Source: Sphyrna mokarran
Lineage: Eukaryota
Direction of reading: 5' to 3'
Length of the DNA: 64,000 nt
Assembly: GCA_024679065.1 (NCBI GenBank)
Contig: JAGIQG010000040.1
Location: 3,782,001 to 3,846,000, forward strand
In this document: piece after piece, positions 12,753 to 24,480 of the stretch
How the letters are laid out: every line of letters starts with the position of its first letter
Numbering within the stretch: position 1 is the first letter of the stretch
Program-made: the position numbers and the translations under genes
Notes under the pieces: generated by a model
What the model saw: the letters and a program-made list of their open reading frames with translations, nothing else
Told to the model about the DNA's origin: nothing
Database searches by the model: none

Positions 12753-13571
12753 AGATGGGAGCAAGTCTTAATCTGACGGATACATCGCAGCGTTTTTCAA
12801 ATTCTTGAGAAAGATTTCTCGAGGAATAATACCTCATGTTTAAATAGAACAGAATGACTCCATCAGCCAACAACAAATTACTGCAGAAGCTGGAGCTTAA
12901 AAGAAAAACTTAAAATGCTGGAGACTCTCAACAGGCATGACGACATCTCTGGAGAAAGTATAAATGCAACATTTCAAATCTGTGTGGCCAGCCTTCAAAG
13001 CCGAAGACAGGAAAAGACGACGAGGCTTATAGTTTAAGTGTGGGAAATGCGGGAGTTGAGGGTGGGAGCGGTGGGTGAGAGTTGACAAAGTTGTGATAGA
13101 ACAAAAAAAAACAATTAGAATGTAAATGGAGGCCGTAAAAGCAAAATACTGCGGATGCTGGAATATGGAACAAAAACAGACAATGCTGGAACATCTCATC
13201 AGGTCTGGCAGCATCTATGAAGAGAGAATAGAGCCAACGGTTTTGAGTCTGGATCACCCATCACCAGTGGTCTATCGATCCTCAGTTAATGAGGATGTTG
13301 AAGGTTCAGTGGGAGGTATTTTTGGAATCTGAGGGAATGATGCTTGGAAATTGATGCTGAGTCCTGGAATTCGTTATGCTGTCCTTAAATTATGGATGAG
13401 ACTCCATGGGACATTTGAGTCAATCCGACTCCATTAATGCAGCATCAGATCTGATAGGGATCACCTCTGTTAAAAGCGTTGCTGAGTGTTCTGAGCCATT
13501 GAATTTAAGGTAGTAGCACTTATCGGGGGAGCTGATCAAATGTGCGCAAATTTTCAGGTGTTCAATTGATT

Positions 13572-13880
13572 TAGAACATAGAACAATACAGCACAGAACA
13601 GGCCCTTTGGCCTTCGATGTTGTGCCGACCAAAATAAAAAGCAATGCCCCTCCAAACTAAATCATTCCCTTCTCTTCCATATACTTATCAATTAACCTCT
13701 TAAACGCCACCAAACTTGGCGCATCTACAACAGCTGCAGGCAGGCATTCCACTCCCTAATCACTCTTTGAGTAAAGAACCTACCTCTGATATCCGTCCTA
13801 TAACTCATACCCCTTAATTTAAAGCTGTGTCCCCTCGTGCTAGCTTTCTCCATCCTAGGAAAAAGTCTATCACTGTCCAA
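13572..13880 (-). mobile_element. Young CR1 3' fragment inserted in copy A only
   Basis: Near-identical to 58057-58370; absent from the paralogous site at ~38238. Confidence 0.9.
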
Positions 13881-14075
13881 ACATCATGTTTTAAACATCA
13901 TGAATACTTTAATGCAGTAAGAAGTATCGTTATCCATTTTGACAGGAGAAATCAGCAGAGACAATGTAATATCAATTGCTGACACAAAAATGGGCTTCGT
14001 GGGAACCAGTCAAGTTGTTTTCCCATTATGTCTGATGTGCTTGCATTGAGATCATCACCGTGTTTATGTAGTGCG

Positions 14076-14586
14076 GTGGTTCCCGCATTATAAGAAAGAT
14101 GTGGAGGCTTTGGAGAGAGTACAGAGGAGGTTTACCAGGATGTTGCCTGGTATGGAGGGCAGGTCTTATGAAGAGAGGCTGAGGGATTTGAGGTTGTTTT
14201 CGTTAGAAAGGAGGCGGCTAAGAGGGGACCTAATCGAAACATATAAGATGATTAGAGGTTTAGATAGGTGGACAGTGATAGCCTTTTTCCTAGGATGGAG
14301 AAAGCTAGCACGAGGGACACAGCTTTAAATTAAGGGGTGATAGTTATAGGACGGATATCAGAGGTAGGTTCTTTACCCAAAGGGTGGTTCGGGAGTGGAA
14401 TGCCCTGCCTGCAGCAATTGTAGATGCGCCAAGTTTGGTGGCGTTTAAGAGGGTAGTTGATAAGTATATGGAAGAGAAGGGAATGGTTTAGTTTGGAGGG
14501 GCATTGCTTTTTATATTGGTCGGCGCAACATCGAAGGCCAAAGGGCCTGTTCTGTGCTGTAATGGTCTATGTTCATGTTCTATGTT
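14076..14586 (+). mobile_element. Young CR1 3' fragment inserted in copy A only
   Basis: Encodes [26 protein letters not shown]... and has a ctatgtt-type tail; absent at the paralogous site ~38428. Confidence 0.9.
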
Positions 14587-15056
14587 ATCACCGGAGTCAG
14601 GTTAATTCTGAAAATACCAGGTTAGAACGAGGAATGATGGGAAGTGCACATGATAGATTTGAACTTCAGTTAGAAAATTCAAACCCATCACCTTAATTCC
14701 TGGGCAAGGAATACACTTTCATTCTTTGTAATCTTGTTGTTTATATCATGATGTGGAGATCTGGGCGTTGGGCTGCAGTGGGTACAGTATAAATTCTATT
14801 AACACCAAGTTAAACTAAAACAGGCTTATTTGGAATTAGGAGCTTTTGGAGCGCTGTTTCTTCACCAGGGTGATTAACTCAGCAGTCAGAAATTCATTCT
14901 GCGCGTGTGCTGACGAAAGGAGCCACTTACACACATTTTTTTACCTCAACAAGTTTTTAAGTTGGTAATGCTCCTGCTCGTTGTTCTTGACCGAAACGAC
15001 ACCGCACATGCTCCTACATTCAATCTGAGCTGTTCGACCAAAACTGAAATCCATTG

Positions 15057-15138
15057 TGGCAGCGGTGGGATTCGAATCCACGCCTCCGAAGAGACTGGAG
15101 ACTTAATCCAGCGCCTCAGACCGCTCGACCACGCGACC
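15057..15138 (-). tRNA. tRNA-Leu(AAG), copy A; probable pseudogene
   Basis: 82 nt GGTCGCGTGGTCGAGCGGTCTGAGGCGCTGGATTAAGTCTCCAGTCTCTTCGGAGGCGTGGATTCGAATCCCACCGCTGCCA, co-linear with vertebrate tRNA-Leu-AAG including the long variable arm. Carries G37>T, B-box G53>A and stem mismatches. Confidence 0.9.
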
Positions 15139-16475
15139 ATGTTAACAAACATGGCAATCAGGTTATTTGATGGTAGTGTTACTGAAATCCATTAAAAGCA
15201 ATGGAACTTGGAAAGGCCATTAGGAGGTTTGAACCTGCTCCTTCACTGACTCAGGTAAATCTGTACGGTGTTACAAACTGAAAACATCTCACGTCAGAAA
15301 CATAATGAGCTGCACAGAAGAGACGGTATCATTTAAACGTCCTCAAGCTAGTCTCTTTCCAATTTCCCACCCGAGATGACAAGAGAAACGCCTGTTGAGT
15401 TTGCACAGGGTCTGCACTTCAGGACACGAGGCGAGATTATGTTTTATATGTTCATCCAGGTAACAATTCACATTTGTTTTCAGAGTTTTGGTGAGAGCAA
15501 TAAATCTTCAGTTCTAGAACAGTAATCTAAACAGCAGCGAAAAAGTCAAATTCTAACTACCAGCTTAACCACCAGCATGTTTTAGAATTTACTTTATCCG
15601 AGCTGCTTTTGTTACTTTAATTTTCAGGCCAGATCACTTTCACCACAAACAGCTTCCTCATGCAAAATGGCAGCTTCCGATTCAACCCTGGTGTGTTCAG
15701 CCAATGACAGCATTCCATGGACAATCGAATATAATTATCACTTTCGCCTCCAACAGATTGAAATGCAGAGGGAAAAGTTTCATGATTCAGTGCCAATATA
15801 AACGGTGAAATCTGCCCCACTGTACGTTGCAACAACATTTCAATCGTTAGTATTTTCCAGCCTATCACTGTCATTTCCTTTCTGTGCTTGTTCTTGAACT
15901 GTTGCACATGTGAAATTTCCAAATTTGATATAAACTTGCAAGTCTCATTTGACTGATTTTAGTAGATCTGCTTTTGATCGGAGAGTAAATCAGATCATTA
16001 TTAATGGTTTGCTGAGAGCAAATAATCCTATTTTTCTCAGTGGGGATTGAAAATGGATATCACTGGGGGAGTGCTGAACACAAACCATTGGACTGCCAGG
16101 CAACCCGGTGAACTGTGCTTTTCAAACTATTTAACATTATATCCCTTTGCTTACTATTTTTATCTCAAATCTTTTTCATTTGTGATACATTTCTCCTTCA
16201 AAATGTCGTGTTTGGATGGAACATAACTGCTTCTTTTACTCAATGACAACACGTATTGAGCTGGGTCATTGAACTGACAGTGAGGTGATATGGTCCCACA
16301 AGCTGCTGATGTTTAGAAGTATGAGGGGGGATCTGATCGAGGTATATAACATTATAAATTGATTGATAAAGTGAAGGTAGACCATGGGGCAATCCAGACC
16401 AAGAGATAGAACCGGTAGATTTTAAACTGAGATGAGGAGGAACTAGTTCTCGCAAAGGGTGATGAATTGGTGGAA

Positions 16476-19170
16476 TTCCAATGCTTTAGGGTGCTAATGG
16501 AAAGAGATGAAGACTGCCCTAAGGGGAGGATGTTAAACTCGGGGAGGGCTAGATATAGCCAGATTAGGCAGGATCTTAGGGACACCGACTGGGATAAGCT
16601 TACGAGGGTAGGTCGACACTGCACATGTGGGAGTCTTTCAAAGGAAAACTAAAATTTTTGCCGGAAAGACACGTGCCGGTAAGGAGGAAAGATGGGAAAG
16701 GTAGGATTAGAGAACCGTGGGTTACTAGGGATGTTGTGGACTTGGTCAGGAAGAAGCGGGAGGCGTACGTTAGATCCAGGCAACTGGGTACAGAGGCTGC
16801 GCTGGAAAAATATAGAGAGTGTAGACGGGATCTTAAAAGGGGTGTCAGAAAGGCAAAAAGGGGCCACGAAATGGCTTTGGCAGGTAGGATTAAGGAAAAT
16901 CCTAAGTCATTTTACTCCTATGTAAGAAGCAAAAGCATGGTTAGAGGGAAGATTGGACCTCTCAGGGACAGAGGAGGGGAACTATGCTTAGAGCCTGAGG
17001 GAATGGGGGAGATCCTGAATGAATACTTTGCGTTGGTATTCATGCGGGAGAGGGGCCTGATGTCTGATGCCGGCTTTGAGGAATTTGAGAACCCTTTAAA
17101 GGAAATAATCATTATGAGGGACGAAGTGTTGGGGCTTTCATATAGCATAAAGACTTATAAAGCTCCGGGGCCTGATGGTATTTATCCCAGGCTGCTAAGG
17201 GAGGTGAGAGATGACATTGCTGGGCCTCTGACGCAAATCTTTGTCTCTTTTTTGGACACAGGAGACTGGAGGATTGCAAATGTAGTACCGTTGTTTAAAA
17301 AGGGTCAGAGGGATAACCCAGGGAAATACAGGCCGGTGAGCTTGACTTCAGTTATAGCTAAGCTGATGGAGAGGATTCTCAGGGACAGGATGTATGAGCA
17401 TCTGGAGCGCTGCGATCTGATCAGGGATACGCAGCATGGCTTCATTAAGGGAAGGTCGTGCCTTACGAATCTAGTGGAATTTTTTGAAGAGGTGACAAAA
17501 ACGGTTGATGAAGGACACGCCGTTGATGTCGTCTATATGGATTTCAGTAAGGCATTTGAAAAGGTCCCTCATGGTAGGCTGATAGAAAAGGTGAAGGCGC
17601 ATGGTACACAGGGCCAGGTATGTAGATGGGTTGGGAACTGGCTTGAGAGGAGGAGACAGCGGGTAGTAGTGGAAGGCTCTTTTTCCAACTGGATGTCTGT
17701 CACTAGTGGTGTGCCACAGGGCTCTGTACTAGGACCCCTTCTATTTGTGGTGTATATAAATGACTTGGAAGAGGGGGTAGGTGGTGCGATCAGCAAATTT
17801 GCTGATGACACTAAGATGATTGGATTGGCGAGTACTGAGGAGCAGTGCCTGGCAATGCAACATGACACAGATAGGCTGGTAGATTGGGCAGATAGATGGC
17901 AAATGGAGTTTAATCCGGATAAATGCAAGGTGATGCATTTTGGCCGGAACAATGTAGAGGGGAGTTATAGGATAAAAGGTAAAACTATCTGGAGTATAGA
18001 GATGCAGAGAGACCTGGGGGTGCAAGTTCACAAGTCTCTGAAGGTGTCAGTACAGGTGGAGAATGTGGTAAAAAAAGCGTGTGGTATGTTAGCCTTCATA
18101 GGAAGGGGTATAGAATACAAGAATAGGAGTCTGATGTTGCAGGTGTATAGAACGTTGGTTAGGCCTCATCTGGAGTACTGCGTCCAGTTCTGGTCGCCGT
18201 ACTACACGAAGGATGTAGAGGCCCTGGAGAGAGTGCAGAGGAGATTTACCAGGATGCTGCCTGGTATGGAAGGGCTGTCTTACAAGGAAAGATTGAAAAC
18301 ACTGGGGTTGTTTTCCCTTGAAAGACATCGGCTGAGAGGGGATCATTTAGAGGTACATAAGATTATGAGGGGTATAGATAGAGTAAATGGTGGTAAGCTT
18401 TTTCCACCATTAGAAGTGGATAGAATGAGGGGTCATGGGCTCAGGGTGAGGGGGGCTATGTATAAGACGAATATTAGAGGCCAGTTTTTCACACAAAGGG
18501 TCGTGGGAGTGTGGAATGCACTGCCGAGTAAGGTGGTGGGAGCAGGCATGCTAGGGTTATTTAAGGGTCTCTTGGACAGCCACATGAGCGGTCTGCAGAT
18601 AGAGGGATATAGCAGGACTGTTGGAATATCGGGAGGACCAAATAGTAGTAGTCTATCTTTTAGTTTCGTCTCGGGAATGTCTTAGTTTATTTTTAGCATG
18701 TTTAATTAAGTCTTATTTGTTTCTGCAGGTAATTCGGTCCACCTGTTGACCAACAAGGGGCATGCATGCGGCATGTCGTGCGAGAGCTGCTCTTGGAGGT
18801 TGCTTCAGTAGTTGCTTCGTGCTTCACGTCGTCAGTGTATGCTTAAACTGGACCATCTGATCGGCAACATGACAGCTCAGAGACTATCGCTGTTGCTGTG
18901 TTGACACATGGATTTGGGTCTGTGTCTGCGGGAGTTTGCACGTTCTCCCCGTGGTTGCATGGGTTTCCTCCGGGTGCTCCGGTTTCCTCCCACACCCCAA
19001 AAATGTGCTCTTAGGCTGATTGGGTAACAAATTGTCCCTATATTAGTCCCTAAATGGGAATCTTCAACAATAGGCATAGCCTAAAGTCAAGGACATGTCA
19101 TTAAGACGTTAAGACTGCGGCGTGGGCTCGTTGGGCCGAAGGGCTGTGTTGCTCTTTGTTCTTTGTTCTT
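16476..19170 (+). mobile_element. Young 5'-truncated CR1 LINE with long 3' UTR and (TTCTTTG)n tail, located at the duplication junction
   Basis: Contains the 686-aa ORF2 fragment. Same subfamily as 54347-56464. The 3' UTR contains a structured element and a V-SINE-like core. Confidence 0.95.
16625..18685 (+). CDS. CR1 ORF2 reverse transcriptase (endonuclease domain missing)
   Basis: Motifs [49 protein letters not shown]. Has a 4-codon in-frame deletion (DTG[VVPE]DWR) relative to the 54 kb copy. Confidence 0.92.
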   Translation: MWESFKGKLKFLPERHVPVRRKDGKGRIREPWVTRDVVDLVRKKREAYVRSRQLGTEAALEKYRECRRDLKRGVRKAKRGHEMALAGRIKENPKSFYSYVRSKSMVRGKIGPLRDRGGELCLEPEGMGEILNEYFALVFMRERGLMSDAGFEEFENPLKEIIIMRDEVLGLSYSIKTYKAPGPDGIYPRLLREVRDDIAGPLTQIFVSFLDTGDWRIANVVPLFKKGQRDNPGKYRPVSLTSVIAKLMERILRDRMYEHLERCDLIRDTQHGFIKGRSCLTNLVEFFEEVTKTVDEGHAVDVVYMDFSKAFEKVPHGRLIEKVKAHGTQGQVCRWVGNWLERRRQRVVVEGSFSNWMSVTSGVPQGSVLGPLLFVVYINDLEEGVGGAISKFADDTKMIGLASTEEQCLAMQHDTDRLVDWADRWQMEFNPDKCKVMHFGRNNVEGSYRIKGKTIWSIEMQRDLGVQVHKSLKVSVQVENVVKKACGMLAFIGRGIEYKNRSLMLQVYRTLVRPHLEYCVQFWSPYYTKDVEALERVQRRFTRMLPGMEGLSYKERLKTLGLFSLERHRLRGDHLEVHKIMRGIDRVNGGKLFPPLEVDRMRGHGLRVRGAMYKTNIRGQFFTQRVVGVWNALPSKVVGAGMLGLFKGLLDSHMSGLQIEGYSRTVGISGGPNSSSLSFSFVSGMS

Positions 19171-19535
19171 TGTTTGTTTGTCTCCGTTTTTCTTTCCATA
19201 TCCATCTCCCTCGCCATTTTCCCCAATCTCTATCGTTATCTGTCTCACTCTGTGAGATTCTCTTATTGCTCTTTCACTCTGCCTCTCTCTTGGTCCCCCT
19301 GTTTCTTTCCATGTATCTGTCAGAAACTCTTACAAAATGTGTCAATCTCCATGTCTTTGTGTCCTTTCCTCTCTCTGTCAATCACTGTGTTTCTATCACT
19401 TTCACTGTTGCTCACACTGCCTGTCCTCTTTACCTGTCACTTTTTCTGTCTGAGCACATTTTAGTGAGCTGTTTGATATTTAAAATTTGAATGTGCAATA
19501 GGAAGAGTCAGTGGTCTTGTAGTTGTGGTTTCCTC

Positions 19536-20437
19536 TCAGGATGTAATGAGTTGAAGAATTGCAGTAAGAGGATATTTCAGCAGATCTTTTAGCTGTTGTC
19601 TGAATTGAGTCTGTGTCACAGCATAAATGGCAGTGTTTGTGCAGCAACCTGTGAGTTGCAGCATGAATCCCACTTCCATAACAAAATAATCTATCCATAT
19701 TGACTGGAAACCCAAATCATACATCCGAGACCATAGAGAATGAAACATTAATGTCGACCATAAGAAGATGAAATTGGCAGAGATAACAAACAGTAAAATG
19801 ATGGATTTCCTTCGACTCTCCATCTCTGGGTCTTTGGGATTTTCCCCATTGCTTTGAGTCCGGAGTCTCCTGCGGGCTCTGCTGCTCACTAAAATGTGCC
19901 TGACGGTGAGAGCATTCAGCAGCAGAATCAGAATGAATGGCACACATGGAGTTAGAATGTGGTGGAGGAACTCGATTGATACCCAGATTGGAGATGCCAC
20001 AAAATCATACATGACCAAACAAAACCAGGGGACATTCCCCAGCCAATATGCTTCTAATAACATAAAATACCAGAAAATGTTCTTTAAGCAGCTCATCACT
20101 GTCACTGTTCCCAGAACCACAGCTGCCGATTTCTCACTGCAATATTTACTTTTTAGCTTCGGGCAGCAAATGGCCACAAATCGATCAAAGGTGAAAGTGA
20201 CGGTGAACCAGACAGAAAGGTCAGTGACTGCATAAAGCAGGACGGCATGGATGTTACACAAGGGGACCGCTAGCAGGAAACTAAACTGTTCTGGATAAAC
20301 AATGGGAATGTGTCTCAATATCAGGTCGATGATAATGACCAGCAGATCCCCCACTGACATCGCCACCAGGTAATAAGTGACACATTTGGACAGACCACAG
20401 TTTCTGCTCGTCAGTGTCACAATTGTGATTGTATTCA
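19536..20437 (-). CDS. GPR139/GPR142-like class A GPCR, copy B, exon 2 (TM1 end to C-terminus); spliced to 26715-27021 gives a 402-aa receptor
   Basis: Acceptor ttttcttccttacag|TG at 20437; phase-1 join gives ...VVGVL-V-NTITIVTL. Motifs: YLVAMSVGDLL (TM2), FTFDRFVAICCP (DRY variant), TM7 CCTNTAIYAVTQTQFR, stop TGA. Confidence 0.92.
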
Positions 20438-20559
20438 CTGTAAGGAAGAAAATAAAAATTGAAATTAGACACGATTCACGGAAGAAATTACCATTTAGAC
20501 CGAGTATGGGTTAAAATTAAAAAAAATGTACACACAGAGAAAAGATTTATTTTTAATCT

Positions 20560-20725
20560 GGCACATCTTTTGCAGTGTGAGAGGAAAATTGGGCATGTGA
20601 AGGAAACGCACTCAGAAACGGGGACAAGGTCCAAACTCCACACAGACACCGACCCAACCTGCAACTGAACTGAGGTCCCTGATGCTGAGAGTCAGCAGTG
20701 TTAACCATTATGCCACCTTGCTGCT
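20560..20725 (-). mobile_element. V-SINE fragment in the GPCR intron
   Basis: Minus strand reads tggttaacactgctgactc...gtgtggagtttggac. Confidence 0.7.
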
Positions 20726-21319
20726 CTATGGTAGGGACACAGCGTACATATTCCAGAGAATCCATAACATTGACCCTCACTCAGCTACAGGTAAATAGCG
20801 CCTATACCTTGTGAGGAATTTGGAGAGTAAGAAGGCTGAAAGAGTCAACCCTGACAGAAAATTCGGAGTGGAGACTGTAGGTGGTAATCTGTCATGTCTT
20901 AGACACCCTATAGGCAAACGCTGCAACAGGGCTGATACCAAACTGTGCTGGTTTCACCTTTTTCTCTGGACAATATTAACAGTTGGCAGAAGGGGAACCC
21001 GATGCCTCAAAATTCAGATTATTATACTTACACAGAACTGGACCCTGGAGAGGAGACCAGCGATTTATGGCCACACTTGGCACAACACAGGAGGAAATAG
21101 TAATCTCACACTCGACTGGCACAGAACTCAGGTACCAGGATTTGCTTTCAAAGGTGGGAAAAAGCTTTAGGGTTCAGTGAATAGCTACCATCGATAGTAC
21201 CCAGTAAGGTTGCTGCTCTCCCACTTGCTTGCCTACTGGACCACTGAAACTCAACGAGTCCTCTCTCAGTGGGAAAGTTGCTCATCTATGCATCAGGTAA
21301 GAAAAACCCAAACCAAGAC

Positions 21320-21520
21320 CGCTACAAAATAAAAGTCAAGCAGGCTGCCTTAATGACTATCGTCCAGTTACTCTAATATTCAATATTATGAAATGCATCA
21401 TAAGTTTCGTCATGGTATGAATCAATTCCAACAGCCCAGATTGCCTGGATCCATTATAGTTCATCTACTCCACAAGTCCACAAATGCCATTTCCCTAGCC
21501 ATGCAGTCAACCATGTAACT
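21320..21520 (+). mobile_element. Rex1/Babar-like LINE RT fragment
   Basis: Translates to ...CLNDYRPVTLIFNIMKC..., resembling the Rex1 motif CLNDYRPVALTSIIMKC. Confidence 0.6.
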
Positions 21521-21527
21521 CGTGTTT

Positions 21528-24480
21528 ATCATAGAGTTTACATCTTGGGAACAGGTCCGTCTACCCAATTTTTCTATGCCACCCATTTTTTAAAACTCTA
21601 AACTAATCCTTCTTGCCCACATTTGGCCCAAATCCCTCTAGACCATCGCACCCATTTAACTATCTAACAACTTTTTAAAAGATAACATTGTACCTGCCTC
21701 TGCTACTAACTCTGGCAGATTGTTCCTGACACTCACCAACATCGGTGTGAATTAAAAAATGGCTCTCTGGATTCTTTTGAATTTCTCCCCTCTCACCTCA
21801 AAACTATGCCCTCTAGTTTCAGAACCTTTCGTCCCTACTTTTTGGAAAACATATTGACTATCTGGCTTGTCTATGTCTCTCATTATTTTATAGACACCGA
21901 TAAGGTCACCCCTCAACCTCTATGTTCCAGAGAAGAAAGTCCCAGTCAATTTAGCCTCTCCTTATAATTCAATCCATCAAATCCCCGTAGCATCTTTGCA
22001 AATCTTTTCTCGGCTCTTTCTAGTGTAATAATATTCTTTCTATAATAGGGTGACTAAAATTGCACACAGTATTCCGAGTGTGGCCTTATCAGTGTCTTGT
22101 ACAACTTCAACAACATGCCTCAACTTCTGTATTCAATGTTCTGACCAATGAAAGCAAGCATGTCAAACCCTTTCTTCACCACACTGTCAACTCCACTTTC
22201 AAGGAGCTTTGAATATGTACCCCTGGATCAACTTTTTTAATAAGTCTCTCCAATGCCCTACCAATAACTCAGTAAGAATGTCTTGGTTCAATCTACCAAA
22301 ATGCATTATGTCGCATTTGTCTAAATTAAACTCCATCTGCCATTCGTCATTTCATTGGGCCAATTGACCAAAATCCTGCTGGAACTGGAGATAATCTTCC
22401 CCACTGCCAACCACGCCACCAATCTTGGTGACATCTGCAAACTTGTTAACCATGTCTCCGATATTCTCATCCAAATCGTTAATATAACAGACAAATAACA
22501 GTGGGCACAGCACCGAGTCCTGAGGCACGCCACTAGTCACAGGCCTCCAGTTTGAAAAAGAACCCTTTACAATCAATCTCTGGCTTCTGTCATGAAGCCA
22601 ATTTTGTATCCATTTACACACATCAGCCTGGATTCCGTGACATTTAATTTTCTGCAACAATCCAACATGCGGTACCTTGTCAAAGGTGTTGCTGAAGTCC
22701 ATGTAGACAACATCAACTGCACTGCCCTCATTTACCTTTGTGGTTACCCCTTCAAAAAACTCAATCAAATTTGTGAGACATGATTTTCCACTCACAAAGC
22801 CATGTCGACTGCCCCTAGTGAGTCCTTGCATCTCTAAATGCATGTCCATCCTGCCTTTCAAAATACCTTACAACAATTTATCCACCACAGATGTGAGGCT
22901 AAATGGCTTTTAGTTCCCAGGTTTTCCTTACAGCCCTTTTTTAATCAAAGGCACAACATTTGCTCATTTCCATTCTTCAGGCACCTCACTCATGACTATC
23001 GATGATTCAAATATCTCTACGAAAGAGCCCGCAATTTCCTTCCTAGCCTCACACAACGTCCGAGGATATACCTCATCAGGCCCCGCAGATCTACTTACTT
23101 TGATGCACTTATAGACTTCCATCACCTCCTTCTCTATAATATGTACACTTTTCAAGACATCAATATTTAATTCCTCAAGTTCCCTACCATATATGTTTTT
23201 CTCAATGGTAAATACTAATAAGAAATATTCATTTAGGATCTCACCCATCTCTTGTGAATCTGCACATAGGTGATCTTGTTGATCCTTAAGAGGCCCCACT
23301 TTCTCCCTATTTACTCTTTTGGTCTTTATGTATTTGTAGAAGCTCTTTGGATTCTCCTTTGACTTGTTTGCCAAAACAATCTTCTCCCTGATTTCTCTCT
23401 ATTCTTTCTCTTCTAAACCCCCTCAACTCTTCAAAAGATTCACATGATCCAGCTGTCTTTGCACGTCATATGCCTCTTTCCCGAATCAAAAGTGTAACTT
23501 CCCCTCCTCTCTAACCGCTTGTTGTACCTTTCCAATAACATCTATACAACATTAAGCTGAAACATTAAGCTGCCAATCCTGTCCCTCACTTAGCCATGTT
23601 TCAGTATTTGCTCTAATATCTCATTCCCACGGACCCATCGATCCCCTGAGTTCATCTGTCTTGTTCATCAGACCACTTGCAGTGAAATAAATGCAGTTTA
23701 ATCTGGACTTTCCTTGCTCTCTATTTTGGCTTTGCCTGATCTGAATGGTATTTGGATTACTGACAATGCCTTTACTAATTAGTATGCTGTCTTTAACTTC
23801 AGTTTTGTCCTCAAACTTCTCTTCTATATCCCTATTGCTTTGGATCCAACACCCTTGCCAAACTAGTTTAACCTCCCAATGGCTCTAGTAAATCTTATCT
23901 TCCCCCCAGGATGTTCGCCTACCTCCAGTTCAAATATAACCCATCCCTCATGAACAGGTCAGCCCTTCCCCAGAAACGATCTTAATGATTCAAAGATTTG
24001 AATCCCTGTCCCCTGCACGAGCTGTCAAGCCAGGCATTCATCTGCCCACCCTCCTATTCCTACTCTCATTTGCACGTGGTACCTGTAGTACTCCTGAAAT
24101 TACTACCTTCGAGTCCTGCACTTTAGTCTTCTGCCTAACACTCTATATTCACATTTCAGGACCACATCGCTTTTCCAACCAATGTCGTTAGTACCAGTAT
24201 GTAGAACGACCTTTGGCTGCTCAGACTCTCCCTTAAGAATGTCCTGCAATCGCTCAGAGTCCTCTTTGACCCTGGCACCAGGGAGGCAACACATCATTCT
24301 GGAGTTTTGATTCTGGCCACATAAAACACTTGTCCGTGCATCGAACCAGCGAGTTCCCTGTTACTACTGCTTGTTTGCTTTTTGTCCGACCCTTTCCCAC
24401 AGGGTTGCAGGGCAGCTGTGGTGTCATAGGTCTGGCTACTGCTGGTATCTCCCGTTAACAGGCTATCCTCCTCGTGAATG
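21528..24480 (-). mobile_element. Degraded CR1 LINE with internal deletion (ORF1 esterase-like and ORF2 remnants); 1-110 is its paralogous end
   Basis: ORF1-like CCLPGARVK...VVLHTGTNDIG (24103-24297); ORF2 motifs KENPKSFYKY, HGFVSGKSCLTNL, SGVPQDSVL, KFADVTK. Confidence 0.9.

Larger units (their letters stand above)
1..16475 (+). repeat. Segmental tandem duplication, copy A (runs off the left edge of the window)
   Basis: Position 1 (ctactgcttgtttgctttttgtccgacc) matches 24364, and co-linearity continues to ...gggtgatgaattggtggaa at 16475 = 40354. Paired ORFs in the track (e.g. 4647/28406, 7147/30916, 11968/36081) confirm it. Identity is roughly 90-95% by eye. Confidence 0.97.

Noticed and set aside
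17569-18346. Antisense ORFs over the CR1 RT (also 55163-55450, 58605-59030)
   Set aside because: Shadow ORFs of LINE coding sequence.
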